A stretch of DNA of 40,858 bases, taken from contig JBEKOS010000001.1 of assembly GCA_049521535.1 (NCBI GenBank), positions 1 to 40,858 on the forward strand, written 5' to 3'. The notes under the pieces were generated by a model that worked only from the letters and a program-made list of their open reading frames with translations, searched no databases and was not told where the DNA came from. Positions 28,960 to 36,923 of the stretch are shown here, one piece after another. Made by a program: the position numbers and the translations under genes. The DNA comes from Terriglobales bacterium. Its GTDB lineage: Bacteria > Acidobacteriota > Terriglobia > Terriglobales > Acidobacteriaceae. How positions within the stretch are numbered: position 1 is the first letter of the stretch; every line of letters begins with the position of its first letter.

Positions 28960-29772
28960 ATGAGCACCATGATTCGTATGCCGGCTGTAGCAGGACATTT
29001 CTATCCGGGAAAACCCGCGCAGCTAGCCCATGACATCGAGAGCTACACCATCAGCGACGAAGAGAAGATCTCTGCAATCGGTTGCATCGTTCCCCATGCC
29101 GGCTACATGTACTCGGGACACGTGGCAGGGGCGGTGTACGCTCGGTTAAAACTCCCCAGGCGGTTTATTATCCTTTGCCCCAACCACACCGGTATGGGTG
29201 CCCCCCTGGCAATTATGAGTGCGGGGGAATGGCTCACCCCCTTGGGCAAGGTGCGGATAGACGCCGAACTCGCAGAGTTACTCAAACGCAATTACGAGCG
29301 ATTGAGCGAGGATACCGCCGCACAGCTTTGCGAACATGCCATTGAGGTCCAGTTGCCGTTTCTGCAGAAGCTTCTGCCGTCATTTACTTTTGTTCCCATA
29401 ACCGTTGGTGCCAGCCGGTATGAATTACTGGAAGATCTTGGCCGCGCAATCGCGGCAATACTCGGTGAGATCGATGGCCATGTGTTGCTAATCGCCTCTA
29501 GCGACATGAACCATTACGAATCCGATGAAATTACTCGCACTAAGGACCGGCGCGCGCTCGACGCCATTGTAAGCCTCGACTCCAGGAGATTGTATGGGGT
29601 GGTGACTCGACAGAATGTGTCCATGTGCGGGTTTGGGCCAGCCATCGCCATGTTGACGGCGGCAAAACTCCGGGGAGCGACCCGAGCCGAACTAATCAAA
29701 TACGCGACCTCGGGGGATATCAGCGGAGATCGGGACGCCGTAGTGGGATATGCGGGCGTGGCGGTCGTTTGA
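28960..29772 (+). CDS. AmmeMemoRadiSam system protein B (Memo-like)
   Basis: MPAVAGHFYPG...GCIVPHAGYMYSG...SSDMNHY motifs. ATG 28960 is chosen because the earlier start overlaps the groEL terminator. Confidence 0.82.
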   Translation: MSTMIRMPAVAGHFYPGKPAQLAHDIESYTISDEEKISAIGCIVPHAGYMYSGHVAGAVYARLKLPRRFIILCPNHTGMGAPLAIMSAGEWLTPLGKVRIDAELAELLKRNYERLSEDTAAQLCEHAIEVQLPFLQKLLPSFTFVPITVGASRYELLEDLGRAIAAILGEIDGHVLLIASSDMNHYESDEITRTKDRRALDAIVSLDSRRLYGVVTRQNVSMCGFGPAIAMLTAAKLRGATRAELIKYATSGDISGDRDAVVGYAGVAVV

Positions 29773-29862
29773 CAAATTGACCGCTGATCGAAGCGGATTA
29801 TCACAGATTAAAACGACGGGCTCTCAACTATGCTATCGGCGGTAATCCAGTGCCGAGTCCAT

Positions 29863-32256
29863 TCAATAAATCAGATATTTGGCCCTGATCTTTCGGAATT
29901 CTTCGAGTGCGTCCATCCAGTCTTCAGCAATCCGGCGTGGATCCCGGCCATCCCTAAGCGCGTCAAAACTTGCCTGGTTCACCAGCAGTAAGTCCAGTTT
30001 TTCCATCTTGTATTCCGCCGGATAAAGTGTGTGCAGGGCCGATGCCAATTCAAGGCCCAACTCGGGTGCGTCGAGCACGTTGCGGTCTACCACGATGATG
30101 TTGACCCCGCCGCAGTTTTCCCTCGCATATTGATTGGCATTCGGCATGAAGCTTCTCGGTACAAAGCGCACGCCGGAAATCGCGCGGGCGTTTAGATACT
30201 TCGCCAGTCCCAGCGAGTTAATCCAGGGTGCGCCGACCAATTCGAAAGGCGTGTCAGTGCCCCGGCCGACCGAGACGTTGGTTCCTTCAATGAGTCCTAC
30301 ACCGGAATAGAGCGTCGCCGCAGTCAGGCTGCGTATGTTGGGCGAGGGATCGATCCATCTCATGCCGGCAGAGTCATACCAATCGCCGCGCATCCAGCCC
30401 TGCATGGGGACAACTGTCAAATTAGCGTGGATGCCACGTTCCTCGTTGTACAACTTCGCCAGTTCCCCGATGGTCATGCCGTGACGCAATGGGACTTGAC
30501 CGTAGTTGACGAAGCTCTCGTGGTTCGGGTCGGGCATCGTCCCTTGCAAGTACGCGCCGCCAATCGGGTTCGGCCGGTCAAGCACAAAGATCTCCTTGCC
30601 CGACTTGGCCGCCGCTTCCAGGAAGTAGCCAAGCGTGGATTCATAGGTATAAAAGCGAACGCCTATATCCTGAATGTCAAAGACAATTGCGTCCAGATCC
30701 TCGAGGTTTTCTGAATTTGGGTGGCGTTTGGCATCCGTGTCGCCGTAAACACTAATGATTGGCGTTCCTGTCGCCCGATCGTGTGAATTTGCGATATCGG
30801 CTGTGTCAGCGGTCCCGGCGATGCCGTGTTCCGGGCTGAAGATGACGGCTACTTCGACGCCGGGTGCTTGTGACAGGACGTCGATGGTGCGGTGGCCCAT
30901 CGCATCCACTCCTGTGTGATTTGTTACCAAACCAACCCGGACCTTAGTTCCGGAGGTTGGATGAAGGTCACTGAAGTTGTGGGTTTCGAGCACATCAATG
31001 CCGGATTTGACCTCGCCGTTACGGAAGTGAACGCGGCGTGCGGCGAACAGAGTTTCGTTGTATCCAGTGATGCGCGCCAATCGAAGTTCGTCGTTTTCAC
31101 TCGAGGTGAGATCAAGGTCGCTTACCACCGCTGTGGCGATGCGTGCCCGCAAAGACGCCAGAGATTTACCGGCATGAGGATGGGCCGCATTAGTCAGAAT
31201 GATGATGCTGGTATGGGTAACAGGGTCAATCCAAAGGGAAGTGCCGGTGAAACCCGTATGCCCGAAGGAGCCCACGGGCAGCATCTCACCCCTATTGCTG
31301 GCAAATGGCGAATCGATATCCCAACCGAGGCCACGCAAACTAGCCGCCGTCGGTGGTTGCTGTGGCGTGGACATCTTCTCTACGGTTTGCTCGCTCAGCA
31401 CCTTGAATCCGCTGAGCATGTCCTGGGCGAACCGGGAAAGATCGTCTGCTGTGGAGAACAGGCCTGCGTGTCCCGCAACGCCGCCCATGCGCCGTGCCGT
31501 GGGATCGTGAACTACGCCCCGCAGCATGCGATGGTGCTCGTCGTATTCCGTTGGCGCAATGCGAGGACGCCATCCGGCGGGAGGGTTGAATTGCGATTCC
31601 TTCATCTCCAGTGGTCCAAAGACTTCTTTCGCGGCAAAATCATTCAGCGACATACCGGAAGCCTTCTCGACGATGAATCCCAGGGCTTCAAAATCAAGGT
31701 CACTGTAGTGGAAAGTCGAACCCGGGGGCAACAGAGGTTTTGACTCCATAATCATACGGTAGGCAGTTTCACGGCCTTCCCAAGGACTCGTCAGATCGAG
31801 GTCATCAGGAAGGTCTGAGAAATGGGTTAGCAAGTCGCGAAGTGTGATGTCACTCTTTCCGTTCTTGCCGAATTCAGGCAGATACGTCGTTACCGGATCG
31901 TTTAGCCGAACTTTGCCTTCCTCCACCAGTTTCATGATCAAAGTAGCGGTCACTACGCATTTGGTAAGGGAGGCAAGGTCAAAGATGGTATCCACCGTCA
32001 TGCGCTCGCGCGTGGGCTCGAGCGAACGCCAGCCGAACGCCTTTCGATAGACGGTCCTGCCGTTGTGCGTGATTAGAACGACCCCGCCAGGAATTGTTCC
32101 TTTTTCGACCGCCTGCTGCATTATTTCGTCGATGTTCTTGAAGTTTGTTCCGGAAGTATCTGCTGGCGGCCCCGGTTGAGCAATTACCGCCGGAAGAGTC
32201 AGGGAGGCAAGAGCGATAAACAGGACGAACCGATTAGCAGGTGTTCTCCCAAGCAC
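29863..32256 (-). CDS. secreted fusion protein: beta-lactamase-fold serine hydrolase (PF00144-type) + DUF1343/NamZ-type exo-beta-N-acetylmuramidase
   Basis: 797 aa with a GTG start and a signal peptide. SxxK (ASLTK), YSD and HTG motifs sit in the N-terminal half. The C-terminal half starts at GIDVLETHNF...VGLVTNHTGVD, typical of DUF1343. Confidence 0.85.
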   Translation of the reverse strand: MLGRTPANRFVLFIALASLTLPAVIAQPGPPADTSGTNFKNIDEIMQQAVEKGTIPGGVVLITHNGRTVYRKAFGWRSLEPTRERMTVDTIFDLASLTKCVVTATLIMKLVEEGKVRLNDPVTTYLPEFGKNGKSDITLRDLLTHFSDLPDDLDLTSPWEGRETAYRMIMESKPLLPPGSTFHYSDLDFEALGFIVEKASGMSLNDFAAKEVFGPLEMKESQFNPPAGWRPRIAPTEYDEHHRMLRGVVHDPTARRMGGVAGHAGLFSTADDLSRFAQDMLSGFKVLSEQTVEKMSTPQQPPTAASLRGLGWDIDSPFASNRGEMLPVGSFGHTGFTGTSLWIDPVTHTSIIILTNAAHPHAGKSLASLRARIATAVVSDLDLTSSENDELRLARITGYNETLFAARRVHFRNGEVKSGIDVLETHNFSDLHPTSGTKVRVGLVTNHTGVDAMGHRTIDVLSQAPGVEVAVIFSPEHGIAGTADTADIANSHDRATGTPIISVYGDTDAKRHPNSENLEDLDAIVFDIQDIGVRFYTYESTLGYFLEAAAKSGKEIFVLDRPNPIGGAYLQGTMPDPNHESFVNYGQVPLRHGMTIGELAKLYNEERGIHANLTVVPMQGWMRGDWYDSAGMRWIDPSPNIRSLTAATLYSGVGLIEGTNVSVGRGTDTPFELVGAPWINSLGLAKYLNARAISGVRFVPRSFMPNANQYARENCGGVNIIVVDRNVLDAPELGLELASALHTLYPAEYKMEKLDLLLVNQASFDALRDGRDPRRIAEDWMDALEEFRKIRAKYLIY

Positions 32257-32380
32257 GATTAAGTAAGTGTAGCTCCGTGCAAAGCGTAGCGACTACCTCA
32301 AACCCGCCTGTCGTGGGGCGTCCTCGCCCGCAGGTTTTCTTTTTGCTGTATCCGCAGTCCTGCTTTAACCTGACTAATAA

Positions 32381-33173
32381 ATGCAACTGCGCATGAAATC
32401 GATCCAAGATCTGGGGACCGAGAGGCCAAATCCGTCATCCCTCCATCTCGATGCGATGACAGCTCTTGAGATTGCCGCCCTCATGAACCGAGAGGATGCC
32501 AAGATTGCAGCGTCCGTCAAGAAGGCTCTTCCGCAAATTGCTGCTGCGATTGGTACCAGGCCGGAAACGGTGCAGTATGTGATCGCCGGCGGCGCTAAGG
32601 CCTTGGGGGTGGCGGTGGAAACCGATGAGGACTCGGCCGTACAAGGGCATAGGGACTTGGCTGCGAAAAGGCCTGGCAAGCGAGATGTTCTGGCAGGCAT
32701 CGCCGCAAGCGGTCGCACTCCATATACGATTGCCACACTTGAATATGCCCGGCGAAGAGGAGCGGCTAGGATCGCCGTGGTCTGAAATCGCAATTCGGCG
32801 CTGGCGAAAGCTGTGGATCTGGCAATCGAGGCCGACGTGGGCCCGGATATAATTGCTGGCTCCACTCGTCTGAAGGCCGGAACGGCGCAAAAGATGATCT
32901 GCAACATGCTCATCACCGGTTGCCTTGCGCGCCTGGGTTACGTCTACGGAAACCTGATGGTGAATGTCCAGCTGAAAAACAAAAAGCTGTTCGAACGCGG
33001 AATTTCCATACTTCAGCGCGCGACCGGAGTCAGCCGGGAAGAGGCAAATCGCGCTTGGCGCTTCCGGATTGAGCGTGCCCGTGGCGCTAGTCATGGCACG
33101 GGCTGGAATCAGTATGGCTGAAGCGGCTAGGCGGCTAAGAAGAACAAGGGGCAATGTACGCTTGGCCCTTTAG
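32381..33173 (+). pseudogene. murQ: decayed N-acetylmuramic acid 6-phosphate etherase (murQ) gene
   Basis: MurQ-like blocks GIAASGRTPY, GSTRLKAGTAQK and YGNLMV are present. There are three lesions: (1) ~35 codons including the SIS GAGTSGRLG loop are missing at ~32551/32552; (2) an in-frame TGA at 32783-32785; (3) a +1 frameshift at ~33048-33051, after which the MurQ-like C-terminus ...VALVMARAGISMAEAARRLRRTRGNVRLAL continues to TAG 33171-33173. Confidence 0.72.
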
Positions 33174-33186
33174 GGGGTCGGAGGTT

Positions 33187-33936
33187 TCAGATTTCCACGA
33201 ATGCTGAATCGTCCTCTGCTGGTTCCGTCACTTTTCCACGCCAGGCCCTGATCCCGGCGCCAATGATATTGCCGTAGATGTGCGGATTTTTGTTGGAAAT
33301 CTGCTCCAGGAAGCCGCGGACGACCATTCGCGAACCCTCTTTGAGCGAGCAAACGCATTGCACGATCGGGAACTGACCCATGGAAGCGCGCTCCCGAATC
33401 CACTCTTCTTTGACATATACCAATGGCCGAATCAGGCGAAATTCGGTCTTCGACGACATCGTGACCGGCGGCAGAGGCTTCACTTTGCCGGTGAAGACCA
33501 GGTTGCGCACCATAGCCTCGGCAAAGTCGTCGGCGGTGTGGCCGAAGGCGACCACATTGCACTGCATTTGCCGTGCAATTTCGTATACGGCACGCCGACG
33601 ATAGCGCGAGCAGATGTCACAGCCATGCTCGATGCGATCCTTTACTAGCCGCAGCGAGGGTTGATCTTCCACCAATTCCCAGCGGATTCCGAGGGCGCAA
33701 AGATGCGATTGAAGGCCGTCAAGCGAGCCCATAAACTTGCCCTGCTGAATGGTGAACGCCGCCAGTTCGAACGCCACCGGTGCGCGAGTCTTGAGTGCCA
33801 GCAATGCGTGCAGGAGTGCAAGACTGTCCTTGCCGCCGGATAGGCCCACTGCAATCCTGTCGCCGGTGCGAATCATGTCGAAATCAGCAATTGCCTTGCC
33901 GGTGAGCTTTGTGATCCGGTCGATTGGATTGAGCAC
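33187..33936 (-). CDS. ttcA: tRNA 2-thiocytidine biosynthesis protein TtcA family (PP-loop ATPase)
   Basis: PP-loop VGLSGGKDS, Cys motifs CDICSRYRR and QCVCS, and alignable blocks with E. coli TtcA. Confidence 0.82.
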   Translation of the reverse strand: MLNPIDRITKLTGKAIADFDMIRTGDRIAVGLSGGKDSLALLHALLALKTRAPVAFELAAFTIQQGKFMGSLDGLQSHLCALGIRWELVEDQPSLRLVKDRIEHGCDICSRYRRRAVYEIARQMQCNVVAFGHTADDFAEAMVRNLVFTGKVKPLPPVTMSSKTEFRLIRPLVYVKEEWIRERASMGQFPIVQCVCSLKEGSRMVVRGFLEQISNKNPHIYGNIIGAGIRAWRGKVTEPAEDDSAFVEI

Positions 33937-33966
33937 TGGATGAACCTCGAATCAAGCCTACAGCAA

Positions 33967-34692
33967 TCAGCAGTCAGCCGTCAGTCGAGTCAACACAGTC
34001 TGATAGGGACCAAGTTTTTTCACGAGGGCGATACCTACAACGCCGACAAGAATCAATGCACATGAGACAAAAGGGCTGGAAAAGACCCAAAGAAGGGGCG
34101 AAGTTGGAACCTTCACGAAATGGCGATCCCTGAAACGCAAGTGGTGGTATGGTTCGGTCAGCTTGCTCGTAGATACCAGTTCGCCGCTGTCGGAGAAGGA
34201 GAATTGGCGCTCTCCTCGTGCTGAAAGCACCACGATGCCGCCACTTGGGGAGCAGCCTGCTGCGAACTCGCCACCCAGAGCTTCGACATTCCATCCACGA
34301 ATAAAACGCCAATGCGAGTCGTAGATCTGAACCCTTCCAGAGGGAACGAGCGGAACAATGTACCGTCCGTCTGGCATTTGTACAACGCCGCTTACATAAC
34401 CAGCAGGCCACTCCCAGGAGACTGGGAGCTTGAGCAATCCGGTTGCGGATAGGGCGGATGCAAAAAATCCGCCGCCGCCTACGAGAGTGAATATGCCCAG
34501 CACTACTACGAGCAGCCTATTCAAACCACCGCGTCGAACATCAGCGGCAATTCCACTTGCCGCAAGTAGTATCCAAACTGTGGCGAAGACGGCGATCGCC
34601 CAGCCGAAAGCAGAGACCATAGGAGGCCTTACGAACTCGTCCGCTGTTTTACCACGACCCGCCGATTGTCGTGAGGCAGGTCGACCCTGCAC
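33967..34692 (-). CDS. hypothetical membrane protein (2 N-terminal TM, extracytoplasmic domain, C-terminal TM)
   Basis: 241-aa ORF. An alternative start at 34620 (MVSAFGW) is possible. No family recognised. Confidence 0.5.
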   Translation of the reverse strand: MQGRPASRQSAGRGKTADEFVRPPMVSAFGWAIAVFATVWILLAASGIAADVRRGGLNRLLVVVLGIFTLVGGGGFFASALSATGLLKLPVSWEWPAGYVSGVVQMPDGRYIVPLVPSGRVQIYDSHWRFIRGWNVEALGGEFAAGCSPSGGIVVLSARGERQFSFSDSGELVSTSKLTEPYHHLRFRDRHFVKVPTSPLLWVFSSPFVSCALILVGVVGIALVKKLGPYQTVLTRLTADC

Positions 34693-34741
34693 GAATCCTC
34701 GAATTCAGCCAATCGCTTGGCTGCCGTCTTTCCGTGGACTA

Positions 34742-35251
34742 CTATCTTCCGAGCTTTGGCAAATCTCCAGTACTGAAGATCGCATTCGCCCCCAGATGAG
34801 CTGGTACTGGCGCCAGCATCTGCTCTTTGCGATAAACGAGGTTACTGGCATTCAAGGCAGCGATCTGGAAGCCGTGGCCATGAGTAATGGCGTCTGTGGG
34901 ACAGGCCTCCACGCAATAGCCGCAGAAAATACACCGATTGTAGTCGATGTTATACACCTTGGCATACCGTTCCGCGCCGGAAAAACGTCGCTCCGAAGTG
35001 TTCTCCGCAGCCTCGATGTAGATACAATTGGACGGGCAGGCGGCTGCACAAAGAAAGCAGGCAACACATTTTTCCAAGCCGTTTTCATCACGCTGCAAGA
35101 CGTGAACGCCACGATAGCGGTCCTGGAAGACGGCGCCTTTCAACACTCCTGCTCCGTCAGGATAGTTCTCGACGATGGTTGGCTGGAACAGTTCGCGCAG
35201 GGTAACAGACATCCCTTTTGCGATTGCTGCTATGTCTTTGAGGACAGCCAT
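34742..35251 (-). CDS. nuoI: NADH-quinone oxidoreductase subunit I (2x[4Fe-4S] ferredoxin), orphan
   Basis: CVACFLCAAACP and CIFCGYCVEACP clusters in the NuoI/Nqo9 context (GVHVLQRDENGLEKC). No other nuo genes are nearby. Confidence 0.82.
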   Translation of the reverse strand: MAVLKDIAAIAKGMSVTLRELFQPTIVENYPDGAGVLKGAVFQDRYRGVHVLQRDENGLEKCVACFLCAAACPSNCIYIEAAENTSERRFSGAERYAKVYNIDYNRCIFCGYCVEACPTDAITHGHGFQIAALNASNLVYRKEQMLAPVPAHLGANAIFSTGDLPKLGR

Positions 35252-35413
35252 GATTCATCAAGTATAAAGCAATCATGGCCCAGCTCTCAGCGATCAGTCG
35301 AACCAAAGCAGGAGGGATCAGAAGTTGTATTTCGACTAGCGTTCGCTTTTTTGGAAGTCCGACGTGCCAATCACAGTTTGAACAAGCATAGGGCTTGGTG
35401 ATGGCTAATAGCT

Positions 35414-35444
35414 GAAAAAAGGCCCGGGAGAGAGTACCCGGGCC
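35414..35444 (-). terminator. rho-independent terminator after the CpxP/Spy-like gene
   Basis: GGCCCGGG (35421-35428) pairs with CCCGGGCC (35437-35444). The A-run at 35414-35420 on the + strand gives a U-tract on the minus strand. Confidence 0.7.
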
Positions 35445-35471
35445 CAGAAAGGAGACGTCAGGAGTAGCGTC

Positions 35472-35975
35472 TCACTCTTGAGAAGGAATCGTCCCAGTCA
35501 GATGCAGCAGTGCGCGGTCGATGTGCTCTTCATGCCGGGCACGCATTGCGTCCGCCTTCGTGCGCTGTTCCGGCGTGAGTACCTGGTTATAGACCTGCGA
35601 CATCAGCTTCTCTTTTTCGACCATCATTTGCGCCATGAGCGGGGCGTTTTGGTTCGCGAGCTCGCGAACTTTGGCTTCGGGAAAGTTGCCGTTAGCCGTC
35701 AACTGCAGCATCTGCATGCGGTTGGCGGTGAGCTGGGCCATAAGCGGTTTCATAGTTTCTTTTTCCGCCTTCCACATGGTCTTAATTTGTGCCTGCTGTG
35801 CGTAGGTGAGCTGGAGCTCCTTCACGAGAAAACCCATGAACTGATGGTGGTGTCCCATGCCGAAGCCGCCCATGTCCTGACCGCCCGTGTTCTGCGCAGC
35901 TTGTGCAATGCCAATCGCCGCGCCGGCGGTCAAAAGCGCTATCACCAATGCCGGCTTCATATACCTAAAACGCAT
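35472..35975 (-). CDS. periplasmic Spy/CpxP-family (LTxxQ) protein
   Basis: AAGGAG lies 9 nt upstream of the ATG at 35975. Signal peptide MRFRYMKPALVIALLTAGAAIGIAQA. Two LTxxQ motifs (LTYAQ, LTPEQ). Confidence 0.8.
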   Translation of the reverse strand: MRFRYMKPALVIALLTAGAAIGIAQAAQNTGGQDMGGFGMGHHHQFMGFLVKELQLTYAQQAQIKTMWKAEKETMKPLMAQLTANRMQMLQLTANGNFPEAKVRELANQNAPLMAQMMVEKEKLMSQVYNQVLTPEQRTKADAMRARHEEHIDRALLHLTGTIPSQE

Positions 35976-36057
35976 ATTCGAATGCTCCTTGCTTTGCACC
36001 CTTAAAGATCTAAACACAAGGGCTCGGTGTTGGCGGTAAAGAGTGGGTCAAGAGCGG

Positions 36058-36072
36058 GTAAAAATTTGTAAA
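36058..36072. promoter_or_regulatory. CpxR-type box GTAAA-N5-GTAAA in the divergent intergenic region
   Basis: GTAAAAATTTGTAAA. A third GTAAA lies at 36036-36040, 22 nt away. Confidence 0.5.
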
Positions 36073-36185
36073 TGCTAATGAATCTCGATTGACCCAGCCC
36101 TGTTACCAGAATAGGGTTCAGTGTAGCATCCGAATATCCGGCGATGGCCGGTAAGCGCTTACACGCTAGGGAAGGCTGGTTACAT

Positions 36186-36923
36186 ATGGATCGTGTGTTA
36201 ATAGTCGATGACGACATCGATCTTTGCGAATTGGTGACGGAGTATCTGCTTCCGGAAGAATTCCAGGTGGAGGCGGTTCATACGGGTCCGGCAGGCTTGG
36301 AACGCGCTCTTTCCGGCGAGCACGCGCTCATGGTGCTCGATGTGATGCTGCCGGGGATGAATGGATTGGATGTACTGCGTAAGCTGCGTGCGCACTCGCG
36401 CATTCCGGTGTTGATTTTGACGGCTCGTGGAGACGATGTCGACCGCATCGTGGGGCTTGAAATCGGCGCCGATGACTATCTGGCCAAGCCGTTTAACCCG
36501 CGTGAGTTACTGGCACGCATTCGGGCAATTCTGCGGCGCACGCAAGGCGTTGGTTCTGGAGCCACCGTTGGCGAGACAATTGTGGTTGCAGATGTGGAAC
36601 TCGATCCTGGCGGCCGAACAGTACGACGGTCCGGGGAACTGATCGAATTCACCTCCGTGGAGTTCTCGCTTCTGGAGGCGCTGATGAGTTCTGCCGGTCA
36701 AGTGGTCACTCGTGAGCAGATTGCGCATGACGTGCTCGGCCGCCAGTTCTTTCCCTACGACCGCAGCATTGATATGCATGTGAGCAAGCTGCGGCGAAAA
36801 CTTGGAGACGCGCCCCGGGGTGGCGACCGCATCAAAACCATCCGTGGCGTCGGCTATGTTTACGCCCGGCCGAGCGAGCCGGATATGTCGGCCGCGCGGA
36901 TGGCCGGGACGGAGCGAATATAA
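36186..36923 (+). CDS. OmpR-family response regulator, CpxR-like
   Basis: MDRVLIVDDD..., LTARG, GADDYLAKPFNPRELLARIRAILRR (closely resembles E. coli CpxR), and a winged-helix C-terminus. ATG at 36186. Confidence 0.9.
   Translation: MDRVLIVDDDIDLCELVTEYLLPEEFQVEAVHTGPAGLERALSGEHALMVLDVMLPGMNGLDVLRKLRAHSRIPVLILTARGDDVDRIVGLEIGADDYLAKPFNPRELLARIRAILRRTQGVGSGATVGETIVVADVELDPGGRTVRRSGELIEFTSVEFSLLEALMSSAGQVVTREQIAHDVLGRQFFPYDRSIDMHVSKLRRKLGDAPRGGDRIKTIRGVGYVYARPSEPDMSAARMAGTERI

Noticed and set aside
32783-32785. In-frame TGA at a position where MurQ homologues have Cys, raising the possibility of selenocysteine.
   Set aside because: The same gene also has a ~35-codon deletion of its SIS loop and a 3' frameshift. 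I saw no SECIS-like hairpin immediately downstream, and MurQ is not a known selenoprotein. A nonsense mutation in a pseudogene is far more likely.
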